Below, piece by piece: positions 24,988 through 38,669 of a DNA stretch of 64,000 nt. Each line of letters begins with the position of its first letter. Positions within the stretch are counted from its first letter, which is position 1. The notes beneath the pieces were generated by a model. The model did not search any database, had not been told where the DNA came from, and saw only the letters and a program-made list of their open reading frames with translations. Both the position numbers and the translations under genes were made by a program. The DNA is from Hypanus sabinus (lineage: Eukaryota). The stretch lies in the NCBI RefSeq assembly GCF_030144855.1, contig NC_082716.1:22010001-22074000 (forward strand), read 5' to 3'.

Positions 24988-25272
24988 TAATTAAACTTAC
25001 TTAACACTGTTTTTTTTAAAAGGTTAACCATGTTTGACTTGTATATCTGAATTCTTCAAGTTCTAAAATTTCATCGTATCAGCTCTAGCAACTCAAAATC
25101 ATAAATAAATATTTAGGTGTTGGCATATTGCAATGATCTATTTCTATAATGTGACTGAATTATATTACATTTTAGACAATTGACATGTATTATAAGACAG
25201 TTTCAAGTGCGGGACATTATTACCAGCTGCTACTGCCCGGGTGCGCTCACTTTCCCTCTGATTATGACGTAC

Positions 25273-25450
25273 CATATCCCAAAGGAAGTTGGACACCCAG
25301 TAGGTGGTTGAGCTCATTCCACTGACAAACTGCAGGTGCTTCGCGTTCGAGACCCTCTCCTGTATCAGGTAGATCACAAAGCTGGCTGGGACAAATGACA
25401 TGGCGAAGACCACGCTGATTGCAATCACTGCGTCCACTGAAGTAGTAAGG
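25273..25450 (-). CDS. ABCA4: ABCA4-like exon 36
   Basis: 178 bp, TCAG/GTACG; [59 protein letters not shown]. Confidence 0.95.
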
Positions 25451-26336
25451 CTGAAATCACATATCCAATGTGCTGTTAGTGACGGTGAGAAACATCAGCA
25501 AGCTTGATACAATTATAACAGGGAGTGAGACTCAAAGAGGCCCTTACAGAGATACAGCGCGGCCCCAGGCCTTTCTTGCCCATCTGCCTTTTTAGACTCC
25601 AGTGTATGTTCATCACTGGGCCAACAGCTCCAAAAAATGACTTACTGGATATTCTTCCCCTGCGGTTAGTGAAAACTTGCAATATTCAATTAAATTTTTA
25701 TTTAGAGATACAGCTCAGTAACAGGTCCTCCAGCCCAACGAGCCCGTGCTGCCCAACTACACAAATTCCGCATATCTTTGGAATGTGGGAGGAAATTGGG
25801 GCACCCAGAGGAAATCCTCATGGTTGCCGGGACAGCATATAAACTCCTTACAGACGGCGAATGGAATTTAATGCAGGTCACTGGTTCTGTAATAACATTA
25901 TGCTAACCACAATGGTACCATGCCATTGATTGTTTTATAGGTGATGCTTTCAGAGGTTTCAGAAGATGCTTTGCAAATCTCAAAATTATTAAGTGGTAGC
26001 AAGCATTAAATCTCAATTCTGTTTAAAAGTGTGGGTTACCCATTTAAAATTGTGGTGAAGCCACTTTTCCTCCTCTCAGAGGTTTATGAGTTTTGGAGAA
26101 TTCTCCTTGAAATTCTCCTCAGCTGGGGAGTGGGGCTGAGGAGGGGTAAAAAAAAAGGATCAGCCATGATTGAATAGCAGATCAGACTCGATGGGCCAAA
26201 TGGCCTAATTTTGATCGTATGTCTTGTGGTCCTATGGTCTAAATTGTGTTAGCAGCAGAGTCTTTGAATACTTTTGAAGTAAATTCCTGATCAGCAAGAA
26301 GGTGAAAGTTCACTGGGATTGGCGAGGATGTGGAGT

Positions 26337-26467
26337 TGAGGTTATAATTGGTTATAATTTGTTATAATTGGTTAAGTATAACCAATTTATAACAAATTAT
26401 AACCAACTTATAATAAATTATAACCAATTTATAACAAATTATAATTGGTTATAATGAGGTTATAATT
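26337..26467. repeat. AT-rich ~10-bp tandem/inverted repeat patch
   Basis: GTTATAATT(G/T) units followed by reverse-oriented (T)TATAAC(C/A)AA units, flanked by a TGAGGTTATAATT direct repeat. Confidence 0.85.
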
Positions 26468-26575
26468 CACATGAACCTGTGAAATAGTGGAGTATGCTGA
26501 ATTGCCTATTCCCGTGACTAACAGAGATGGGCAGGTGTCGCTCAATAAATGTGGCCTCAGCGCTCACCAACTTAC

Positions 26576-26745
26576 ACTGTCACCTCTGAAAGCTGCTCCT
26601 TTGTGAGGTTGAGCGGATGATTGATGACGGTAATGCCATAGTCCTCTGCGTGATGTTGCTTGGGAAGGTTCACCCGAAGAATTGCATTGTTAGCTACATT
26701 CATGAAGGCAACCATGGCATGCCAGCCTTTGTTATTGAACCACAC
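26576..26745 (-). CDS. ABCA4: ABCA4-like exon 35
   Basis: 170 bp, CCAG/GTAAG; [56 protein letters not shown]. Confidence 0.95.
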
Positions 26746-27714
26746 CTGGAATAGATATACGTTAGGGAGTCACAGCTCCTGATACAAAAGCAAGAATCAG
26801 TTTTGTACTTTTGGTTTATAAATGAATTCCTAAATGAGGTCAGATGTTTTCATGTGGAGTCTAGTTTTACATCGGATCCTTGAGGTATCCAGTTGCTCTT
26901 TTTCCAGATAGCCAACAGTATGAGTCTTACCACAGATTGGTGTGCACACATTACACAGAACAAAGCAAACGATTGCATCAAAAATGTAGGAGCCATGCAT
27001 CTCCTCTCCATCTGCATTGTATTCTGTGTTCAATGGTTCAATTTAATATCAGAGAATGTATACAGTATACAACCTGAAATTCTTACTCTTCACAGACGTC
27101 CATGAAAAGAGGAGAGAATGAGTGATAGAAAAACGTTGGATCCCTGAGCACCGCCTCCCCCCAACGCACAAATAGCAGCAGTGTCAACCCTCCCCCAGTT
27201 ATTTCAGCACCCACCAAACAAGCAATAGCAAAGCCCCCAAAGAGAGACCATGACTTGCAGTCCAACAAAAACAATTGTTCATCTGACAATTCAACATGCC
27301 ACGGGCTCTTTCTTTCTCTCTCTCTTCATAACAAGGGACAGAGAGGTGTCACCCTTTCACAGCGAGTGGAGAGACCAACGAAACAAAACAGCTCGCTGAT
27401 TACGATGTTGCAATCTGCCATGGAATAAAAGCTTTGTAACATCTTTTGCTGAAAGCTTAGTTAATTATGCTTAAGTATGCTGAAATTTCATTGCTTCTAG
27501 ATGATATGTTTGCTAATTGCGAGTAAAGGATCGAATAACTTTCTTCGATTTTTAGAACCATCATTATTGGAGCTGAGAGCGCATCATACAAGTATAACAA
27601 ATTCATGGTGGTTGACAGTAGCGGCAATTGTTTTTTCTTAGAATTGGCCGCTACAAAAGGTACAAGCACAACAAAAAGAATTTTGTGGTCTTCATTTCAG
27701 GTTTTGTGACTCAC

Positions 27715-27789
27715 CTTGATATTTTCTTCAGTCTCCAAATACTTAAGGAAGTCATTCAGATTGCTAAACACCATCTGTGTAGTATTGCC
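27715..27789 (-). CDS. ABCA4: ABCA4-like exon 34
   Basis: 75 bp, CTAG/GTGAG; GNTTQMVFSNLNDFLKYLETEENIK. Confidence 0.92.
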
Positions 27790-29729
27790 CTAGTGCAAAA
27801 AAAATCAATTAATTGAATAATATGACCAGGAATTCAACATGAATATTATAACTGGAATTGGATGGAAGAAGCAGTATCTTTCTACCACTAGAGGGAGCAA
27901 TGAAACATGGAAATGTCCTCTGAATGCTATAGGATGGCCTTGCCCTATGGCCCTATCTATAAACTTATTTAACAATGAAGTGCATCTTTTCCCTCTTCAT
28001 TTGGAGATAAGCTGCATGCAGGTGTATGTATGCGATGAGCTTATACACCTTGTACAGTAGAGGGACATCCTTTGCAACAACAACACTTCACCAGAGAAGG
28101 TGAAAGAGGAAAAGAAGATCAGCCGGCCCACAAGATAAGGTTTTGGAAGGTCAATGAACCTGATGGCTAAACTAATGTGATCATCACCAAATAATAGACT
28201 GATTAGAGTTCATATTCAAAACTGCCTTACAAAATCCTGCACAGTGAACTAACACTGACACATTTGGGGTGACATGACAGTTAGCATAACACTATTGCTG
28301 AGCCAGTGACCTGGGTTCAATTCTGCCGCTGTCTGTAAGGAGACGGTATGTTCTCCTTGTGAAGGTGTGGGTGTCCTTTGGTTCTCCAGTATCTTCTCAC
28401 ATTCTAAAGACATACTGGTAAGTAGGTTGACTGGATATATGGTTGTATTTGGGTGGCGCAGGCTCATTAGGCCAGAAGGTCCTGTATCTCTAAGTAAACT
28501 TTAACCCTATTGTGCTTTCAGTGATGTTAACTCCAAGTAATGCCAATGTGACATTTGAATTATTCCATCAGCTAGTTACATCAGCCAAAGTACCTTCTTC
28601 AGTACTAAAATGCTGCTAGTTGTGTACTGTTTATGTGGATTATCAAATATGCAAAGAGAAATTTGTAATTATATTGTCATCTTTCTTGGACAAAGTCATT
28701 TAATTGACTCAGTGTCCTTGGAACGGAGGGAGATATTAGGTTGGCTTCTCTGTTGCATTAATTAATCCATTACTGAACCAGACATCATTTGATATCTAAA
28801 CCCAAATTGAAGATCAACAGTAAAACATTAAGAACCCACTAGAGATTTTAAAATATTTATTGTTCCATTAAGCAGTGTATTGCTTTTACTGGGGATGGTA
28901 TCATAGTCATTGGGAAGTACAACACAGAAACAGGCCTTTCAGCCCATCTGAACCATCTGAACTGCCTTTACCCATTGCCCTGTACTGGGATCATAGCCCT
29001 CCATCCATGTACCTATCCAAAATTCTCTTAAATGTTGAAATCAAGCTCACATGCACCTCTTGTGCCGGCAGTTCGTTCCACACTCTCACGACCCTCTAAG
29101 TGAAAAAGTTTCCCCTCATTGGTGACATGGTAGCGTAGTGGTCTAGCACAATGCTTTACAGTACCAGCGACCCGGGTTCAATTCTCGCCACTGCCCGTAA
29201 GGAGTTTGTATGTTCTACCCGTGACTGCTCAGTTTTCCTCCGAGTGCTCCAGTTTCCTCCCACAGTCCAAAGACATACCAGTTGGTAGGTTAGTAAATTG
29301 TTCTCTTATTAGGCTAGGATGTAGTCAGATTGCTGGGCGGTGTGGTTTGAAGTGCTGGAAGGGCTTATTCTGCACTGTATTTCAGTCAATCAATCAAAAA
29401 AAATGTTCCCCTTAAAATTTTCACCTTTCACCCTAACTCATGAGCACTAGTTGTAGCCCCACCACATTATGTGAATCGCTGTAGTGAGCTGGGACCACTT
29501 TATCCTTCAAAAGGAAATCTGGATAAACACAAGATCATTCAGCAGCAGGGAAATAGTTGAGGATTAGTTTCTGATTGCAAGGGAAGTGACTAAAACAGTG
29601 TCGATCACTTGCAACTTCCTTCACTTAGGTAAACCACATCATGTGAAATGTAATACAATAAAGCCACTGAACTAGGCTGAACAAAGAGCTACTCTGCAGT
29701 GGTAGAAAACAAAGGTTTGAGCGGCCTAC

Positions 29730-29835
29730 CCCAGTGATATTCAGCAGGCGGCCCAGCTGGGAGAAAAAGCTGCTTATCTGTTTATGGTTGACGGGTAGGC
29801 CTGGAAGTTTTCCTCCGATGGTGATGCCGCCATAC
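29730..29835 (-). CDS. ABCA4: ABCA4-like exon 33
   Basis: 106 bp, CCAG/GTAGG; (R)YGGITIGGKLPGLPVNHKQISSFFSQLGRLLNITG. Confidence 0.94.
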
Positions 29836-31605
29836 CTGGAGTGATGAAACAGACACGCGTCAAGTGAATGGACAAACAACAACGAGAAGGAGGCTTGTCA
29901 GCGCGGACTCAGCGCTTCCCTGCACGAACTACTCAGGACAACACCCTCAGCCCTACCAGGTCTGGTGACCTGCTCTTTCCCGAAAGGTCGTTGTGTGAAT
30001 GTTTCGCAAAGATTGCCCAATGCTCAGTTCTCTTTACCGCCATCAGGAGATTAATAGAAGATGTCAGCGCCCGGCAGCACCTGGAAAACGCTCAAGCTTG
30101 GGCAACAGGTTTACTCGACACGAGGCGATGACCAACCCTCCCCAGTTAAGTCTCTCCTTGACATTTAACAGGGTGTAGAGGCATAGTCATAGAGAAATAC
30201 AGCAAAGAAACAGGCCCTTCAGCCCATCTAGTCCCTGCTGAGCCATTTAGACTGCCTGCTCCCATCAAACTGCACCGGGCCATACCCCTACCATCCACAT
30301 ATGCAATATTAATTCTACACACGGCAATGTCCTTCCCTCCGGCTAAAACATTCGTTTCACCATGACAGTAAACAGAGTATGTAATGCTCGGTCTACACGG
30401 GGTCATGGCCAACCCCATGCACCCCCCAGGTAAAGCATTTGTCTCCCCATGAGTGGATTAACTCCAGATCACGGGGGATCCACTCAGAAATATGATCTTT
30501 TCTTCACTGAAGCTGGGCTGATGCCAAATTATGGGACTCATTTCACCAAACAAAATGCAGTGCTTCAACGGGTGACCGCCACCTCTGGACAAGAGCAATC
30601 ACGTGTAGGCCATCAGTCCTGCTTAAGCTTTATAAGGCCTTGGAAAGACAGCACTTGGAGCTCTGGGCCCCTTATCTTCAGAAAGGTGGTGCTGGCGTTG
30701 GAGATGGTCCAGAGGGGCTTCATCTTAAGCACTGTGAATTGTTTTAGCCAACAAGGAGTGTTTCAACTGGACCAAATAGCTCACAGCAGAGACAAAAAAA
30801 GCACTGGCTGGAAAGAGATTGTAGATTATGTTTGGGTTCTTAAAAAGACTGCTTCTCAGGTTTTATCTGCACAAGTCTCAGGCTACTGATCTCTGAGCAC
30901 TTGGAGCAGAGAAGGTTGGGCTGGTCAGGGGATCTATTCATCTGACAGCTCCTGGGTGACCACCTACAGTTCTAAACAATGGGGTACCAGAAGTCCGTTC
31001 ATTCTGACTGCCTGCCCCTTTTCCAAGGCAGCTTTGTGACTGGGTGAAATGGAGACAGAGCACACAATGTCCAACAATACGGTAGAGGTCTATCCCATGA
31101 CTTGGAGACTTTGACTGACTTCTATAGACGTACAGTGGAGAGTATCCATCACAGCTTAGTACAGAAACACCAGTGCCCAGGAATGGAAAAGACCACTGGG
31201 AGTGGTGGATGCAGCCCAGTCCATCACCTATAAAGCCTTCCCTACCATTGAGTACACTGATGTGGAGCACTGTCACAAGAAAGCAGCATCCATCATCAAA
31301 GACCCCCATCAATCAGCCATGCTACTACTATTGGGCAGGAGGCATGGAAGATTACACTAGGAGGTTCTGGAACAATTATTACCCTACAACCATCAGGCTC
31401 CAGAACTGGCATGAATAACTTGACTCACCTCAACTCTGAACTGATTCCACAACCTACAGACTTACTTCTATGGATTTTACAACTCACGTTCTCAGCATTA
31501 TTTCCACAGTTTGTCTTTTGCATATTGGTTGCTTGTCAGTCTTCATTTATGTATGTTTTTTTCAAAGATTCAATTGTATTTCCTCAGTTTATTTCCTTCT
31601 AAATG

Positions 31606-32370
31606 CTGACAAGATGACTTCTAGTAAGATGGCACAAGGGCTTCTATGGGGTTAACCCAAGGTGATATTCCCCTTATCAAACATATTTTTTACAATTGCA
31701 CGACCTTGCTGGACATTAAGAATCTGAGGTACTGTAGGTCTACCCAAGTTGCTTATTGGTGGAGAAACCGCAGCAGCCGGATTTGGTGCGGACCGCAATG
31801 CTATCTGCAACAGAGTAAAGTTGGTGCGCGAAAGAAGTGTGCAGTCTAACAGCGGGCGATCATCTTGGTCACTTTCCTTGTCATCACGAGACCTTGTTGG
31901 ACATTGTTGATGTGGAATGCTGCAAGTCTGATTCACCCATTTATTGGCGGATGGCGGGGTGGGGGGTGTTTCTGTGGGACCTCGGTGGTGGCAAGCACTA
32001 GGCCTCAGGCCAAGGCGTCGCATGTTTGCAGCCAGCCAGGGCGAGGCATTAGAGTTGGGCACTCCATCAAGGTGGAGGAGGTGGTGTGGTGCAGCCCCCC
32101 CCCCCCCCCCAGCGTTCACTTGGCAGAAGACGAGCTGGATTGTGTTTAACCGTAGACTGCTACACCATTCATGGACTCAGGCACTTGGGCTATATATATA
32201 TATTTTGTGTGACTATATTTTACTGCTATTTTGTACGTGTTATATATGCTTTGTGCTGTGTGTGACTGTCGGTACTGTGTTTTACACTTTGACCCCAGAG
32301 TATCGCCTGCTTCATTTGGCTGTATTCATGGGTAATCACATTTGGTTGAATGACAATTAAACTTGAATTG
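31606..32370 (+). repeat. Non-autonomous repeat with AATTAAACTTGAATTG tail (related copies ~33105-33718, ~16810-17070)
   Basis: Shared internal double module (ATC(A/G)C(A/G)AGACC..TGGACATT) and shared 3' end CCCCAGAGTA..CAATTAAACTTGAA. Confidence 0.65.
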
Positions 32371-32690
32371 TGAACATGAACTTGAAGAAACTGACTCTCA
32401 AGGGCACATACTTGAAAAGAAATTTACTTTGAACTTCAAACTTTGAAGAGTACCACTAGGGCTGGAGTGAACCTTTGAGTGCAGAAACAATTCATTGATG
32501 TGATTTTTTTAACTTTACTTTGTGGAATAAAGTTATTGGGGCAGGAAAGCACAAAAAACACGACAACCCTTAAAACCCCTGGTTTTAACAGGACTTTGGA
32601 TATAGCACATTCACTTTATGTTTTTCTCATCTCAGCTCCATTTCTCAAACACTTGGGATTTATTGTATATTGGATAAACTGATTCCATAC

Positions 32691-32723
32691 CTGCGTTCGT
32701 TCACCCAGTACTTGCTCTGCATG
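32691..32723 (-). CDS. ABCA4: ABCA4-like exon 32 (33-bp micro-exon)
   Basis: 33 bp, TCAG/GTATG; (S)MQSKYWVNER(R). Confidence 0.92.
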
Positions 32724-32901
32724 CTGAAGGACACAAAACAAAGGCAGAAAGATTAAATATTCAAAATGATCAGAAATCCACTGAGGTGAGAACTAGACAC
32801 TTCTAATTTGGGTAAAAGTGTGTTACTCAGACAATGATGTGGTTTATGAATTCTAAGTTCTAAATGAGCAGAAGTCTGACGGCATGTAGAACGAGTCCTA
32901 C

Positions 32902-32996
32902 CTGCTCTTTATCAGTTTGGGGTACGTTTTAACCAGGAAATCCGATATGTTCCTTTGAGTGAGATTCTGCAGAATGTCTGTCGAGTTCTGGACCCT
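32902..32996 (-). CDS. ABCA4: ABCA4-like exon 31
   Basis: 95 bp, TCAG/GTAGG; [31 protein letters not shown]. Confidence 0.95.
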
Positions 32997-35900
32997 CTGA
33001 AATGGAGAGAGCAACTTAATCTGTGTTAAAGGATAAGATTTGTTCCAGTAAGGTCACGGCACTTTCGAACACAGAGGCTTCTGCGGGTCAACAAAAGGTG
33101 TTGCTGTCCGTTTTAACCATATCTTTATTGATCGCAAGATCCTGCTAGACATTAAAGGCTTAAAGTGTTGCTTGTTGGTGGACAAAATGAAGGAGCCGTG
33201 TATCGTGCTGCTGCCTGAGTCAATGGAGCCTTACAGTCTGATAGTGAGTGACTTGTGATCACAAGACCCTTTTGGACATTGCTAATGTTGAAAGCTGCAA
33301 GTTCAATTCACTGATTTATAGGCGGTGCGCAATGGCAGGCGGCAGGGGAGCTGCTGTGTGACCTCAGTCGTAGCAAAGACTACGCCTCAAGCCAGGGTGT
33401 TGCCTGTTTACAACCACCAGGAGAGAGGTGTCAGAGCTGGGGTGCTCCACCGGGGGTGATGTAGCACGGCATCTAGGCAGGAGTTGGTGCTGCCCCTTCC
33501 CCCAACCTTCATTCAGCAGAAGACAAGCTGTACTGTGGTTGACTGCAGATTTCTGTGTGCAGTTTTTTTTGCAAGGCTGTATCTCACTGATATCCTATGT
33601 GCTTGCGATCTTTGTTCTGTGTGACTGTTGCACTATGTTTTATACTTCAGCCCCAGAGTAACGCTGTATTCATGTGTTTTCATGTATGGTTAAAGGACAA
33701 TTAAACTTGAATTGAATATTAATGTTAAAATAGGCTTCCACATAAAAAACTGAAACTAAATTACTGTTCTTTTGTTAACAGAATTAAGCTCAAAGCAGTT
33801 TATAAGCTATTGTGATAATGGATGAAATTTCTACAATTGTAAGGTGGAGGGCTTTCTCAATGGTTTCATCACCACCTCGTACTGTGACTCCAATGCGTAG
33901 GATTGAAAGAGGCTGCGGAGGGTTGTAGACTCAATCCATCAAGGGCAGATCCCACCCCACCATCAAGGACATCATCAGGAAGTGGTGCCTTGGGCGGGGG
34001 TGGAGAGGCGCCATCCATCATCGAAGAAGCTCACCATCCAGGGCACTCCCATTTCTCATTACTACTGTCGGGGCTAAGGCTGGGCACCCATATTCAATGT
34101 TTCAGGAACCGCATCTTCCCCTCCACCATCAGAGTTCTGAACGGTGCATTAAACCACGAATAGAACTTGTCGTTCCTCTTTTGCACTGATAACTTATTAC
34201 TGTCACTTACTTTAATTTTTATGTCTTACACTGTAGTGCTGCCACAGAACAACAACTTTCATGACAGGTATCAATGATAATAAACCTGATTCTGAATTCC
34301 CTTTCTCATTGACTGTTTATTTCATTCTAACAACAGCAAAATCGCATGTTGAGATGCAGATTCACTTACAGACACACATATACACACAAGTACGATCATC
34401 TTGGACCAGTTAATTTTCCAGTTGTAATTATATGTCGCCAATGAACTGCATGTTGTTTTAATCTGCAAGTAATGTTTCATCAGGACTTTATAATAACATA
34501 ACACAGACACAGACTGATACACACCCACATTCAAATATCTTAAGCAGTTGTTTGAGGTTGAGGATGATATGTTTCCACTCCAGTTACACATGGGAGTGGA
34601 ATTAGGCTATTCTGCTCATTGAGTCTGCTCCACCATTCAAATGTGGCTGATTCAGTTTCCCTCTCAATCCCATTCTCCTGCCTTCTCTGGGTAACTAATA
34701 AAGAACACATCAGCATCCACTTTAAATGCACCAAATGACTTGGTCTCCACAGCCATCTGTGGCGATGTGTTCCACAGATTCACCAGCCTCTGGGCTAAAG
34801 AGATTCCTCCCCATCTCAGTTCTAAAGGGATGTCCTTGTACTCAAAGGCTATGCCCCCAGTCCTAGATTTCCCCACTATAGGAAACATCTCCTCCACACC
34901 CACTCTATCTAGGACTTTCAATATTTGATAGCTTTCAATGAAATCCCCCCTCATTCTTCCAAACTCCAGTGAATACAGCTCCAGAGCCATCAAACGCTCC
35001 TCATGCGTTAACTCTTGCATTCCGGAATCATTCTCATAAACCTTTGTTGGACCCTCTCCAATGCCAGTACAACCTTTCTTAGATAAGAGGCCCAAAACTG
35101 CTCCCAATACTCCGAGTGCTGGCTGACTAATTGCCTATATATGCTCAGTTCTGTGTGTTCTGGGGCCAATATTGGACCCACTGATTCTGCAACCAATGGA
35201 TTAGGAGGTGATAAAGGGGAAAAGTGGGAGGTAGTACTCATTCACCCTAAGATATCAGGCTTCTGTCACTCCTAACAAAGGGACTGAGGATATCAACACT
35301 GCCGTAAACATTCCCTGTTCAATTAAGGGGTCAAGGGCCATGGGTCATTTAGGATGTACCCCAAAAGGAGGCTTTGAGAACATTGTTGAATCATTCAGTA
35401 AACTCTTGCTGTAGTGGAGCTTGGAGTCAAGTGCCTGTTCAGAGAGTTTGGTGTGCAGGTAGTCTGCCAGTCAGAGCTGGCTGAGTTTAACTGGCATCTC
35501 ACTACTGGGGAGGATGGTCTGGAGAGGACACTAACATGAACTCACATATTCTGCTTGAAGATCTGGAGGACTTTACAGAGACAACGTTGGTGGCCACTGA
35601 CTTGGGTTTGGAATTACTTTCTGTAAAAAGTCCACGTTTCATAGTACAGGTCTTTCCGCCCACAATGCTGTGCCAATCTCTTAACTACTCCAAGAAGAAT
35701 CTAATGTTTTCCTCCCAAATAGCCTTCCATTTTTTCTTTCGTCCACACGCCTATCAAAGAGTCTCTTGAATCTCTCTAATGTATCTGCCTCTACCATGAC
35801 CCAAGGTGAGTTTTCTGCACACTTTTCACTTGCTGTGTAAAAAAAAAATTACTTCTGACAACCCCCACCTCCTACTTTCCTCCAATTCCCTTAAAATTAT

Positions 35901-38669
35901 GCCCTTCTGTATTAGCATTTCCACCCTGGAGGGAAAGGTTCAGGATCTATGCCCCTTATCATCTTGTACACCTCTATCAACCCACCTCTCACCCTCCTCA
36001 CTTCAAAGAGAAAAACCCTAACTTGTTCGACCTCCTGTAAGAACATAAGGAATACAATCAGGCATAAGATATTTAGCTTGGTGTGCCTGTTTTGCATTCA
36101 GTAATATCTTTTAAATTCTCCTGCATTAACTATATATCCCTCAATTTCCTTGCCAACTAAAACCCATCAATATTTGTACTCAGGGAGTGTGAAGTGCAGA
36201 GCTGAGGCTCTGTACCGGTGCAGAGTTTTCACACGAAACAGTGACAGTTTCCTTCCTCCCACAGATGCTGCTTGACCTGTTGAGCTCCTCCAGCATGTTG
36301 TTAGCTGGTCCTATGTTTGCACTTGCTCATTGACACTCCCTCCATGGCCTCTTAGGTAGAGAATTCCCAAGATCTGCCAGATCTGGTTGAAGAAACTTTT
36401 CATCCTCACCTAGGCAAGCTATCATCCTCATTAGACAAGATATCAGAACAGAAATTATCCCTGAATCTACCCTGTCAGCTTTCTACACTACAGCAAGATC
36501 ATCTCATGGTCTTCCCTAACTCAAGGGAGAATAAGCCCATCTCATGGAGGGTGTCCACTCGATCTATGGTCTGCTCACAAAATTTCAGATTTGGTCTCAC
36601 CACAGCCCGGAGCAAATTGCCTCATATCTGTTCAGAATAAAGGCCAACAAACTACCTGCCTTCTTAATTGCACCTGCATGTTGACTTTTGTGACTTTAAC
36701 TCCTCATCCCCCTCCATTTCTGATGTTTTTGTCTGTCCCCTCCTGCACTGTTGAAATGAGGCCCGGCTTCTAGGTGAGCACAATGTAACCTTTCAGGTTC
36801 AATATTAATCCCTCCAAAATTAGGTCATTTACTCTTTTGTTCTGACTCTGTCAGAATCAGCAATATCATTTGTTCTTTTTCATCTGGTACAGTAGGCCTG
36901 CTGAGGAGAATGAGGCGTGCAAGGCTCCCCACCCCTGTTCTAGCAACTTTCTAGAGGAACACCAACAGGAGTGTCTTGTCCGGCTGCGTCATTGTGTGGT
37001 ATGGAAGCTGCAAGCCATTGAGCCACAGGACCCTACAGAGGATAGTAAAAACCATCAAGAGGAACCCCATTATTTAGGACATTTACTAGGAACGTTGTTG
37101 AGAATCCCTACCACCCATCCCACAATCTCTCTGACCCACTACCATCGGGAAGGAGATACAGGAGCACCAGACTGGGTAACACCTTCTTCCCTCGGGCTGT
37201 GAGACTAATGAATACGCTGCCACCACAGAGATCATGAGGACAACGAGCTGTTCGTTGTCTGCCTGTGCCTCACTTCACTGCATACATTTTGAATTATATT
37301 TTATCAACTTACTTATAGTTTGATATCTTGGTTTATGAGCTGCGTGTGATATAAATTGTGTTGGTGCACTGTGATCCAGAGGTACACTGTTTCATTTGGT
37401 TGTATATATGTTCTATCAGTTGACGAAGAACTTGAACCTGGTCAGGTCCCACAGACTTGCTATTAGCATCATAAAATACAGATAAAGAAGAATAATGTGC
37501 CCAGCTGGTATATTAGCGTATTTGGTCTCCTCCTACCAAAAATGTTTCTTTTGTTCTCTCTGTCCCTCATCATCTTTTTCTGCTACTGAAAGCCAACTTT
37601 TCACTCTTACCCAGTTCTGAGGAAGAGTCCCCGATCTGAGACATTAACTGTTTCCCTTTCCAAAGATACTGCCTGACCAGCTGAGGGGTTCCAATATTTT
37701 CTGTTTTTATCTTAAAGATTTCCAGCAATTTTGTTGATCTTCTTAGGCAGGGCATGCTAGTGATAAGTAATCATCATTTGAAAAATAGCCTGTACTTCTA
37801 CTTTTTCTATCAAATTGGATGACTCACCTGAGACAAGCTACCCAGAACAGAAATTATCCCTGAATCTATCCTGTCAGCTTTCTACACTACAGCAGGATCA
37901 TCCCGTGGTCCTCCTTAACCCAAGGGAGAATAAGCCCCTCCTTAGGTCTGCTCACAGAATCTCACTACCTTGCCCTTGCCCATCAACGCAACCTGGCTCT
38001 ATTCCCCCTCAAGCCTTTCGACACCCTTTTTATAAGCCACTCTGTCTCTGAAGACTATTGGAGGTCAGGGATCACTGCTGCTCCATAGACCATGAATTTA
38101 TGCTCAGTTTGTGGTTTATAACTTCAAACGCTTCTTTCCTCAGAAGACCAACAGTTGTGCTGATGCACTGCAGGGGGAGTCGATTTCCTCATCAGTGGCC
38201 ACTTTGTTATGGGAACTGGTCCACTCTTTTCCCCAAGATCTCCTTATGGACCTTCACTGTCAGTGGCCAATGATACATAGTGAAGGCCGATTGGTAAACA
38301 GCCTCTCTTTGGAGATGTTTAGTGTGAAGCCGGTCTCTCACACACATCACTGAATGGGTTGTAGCAGACTTGGAGTTCAGAGCCTGAATGCATGCTGTGT
38401 ACTACAATTCCGTGACTGAGGTTAAGATTTGGTTCGGTCTTATCGTGGAGGCTGACGTAGACTGGCTCCCCACAAATATTTGCAATTATCTTTCTGCTGA
38501 TATATAACGCCACATAAGCCATATATAAACCACAGCAGAGCCAGTATCAGTTCAGAGAACTCAAGCGATGCCACTACCTTAACAGCTCTTTCCTTAATCT
38601 TCAACACTGCACCTCACCTCAAACAATCTTCCAGCAGGAGTCGAGCTAATCTACAGGTGTTTGTATAAA

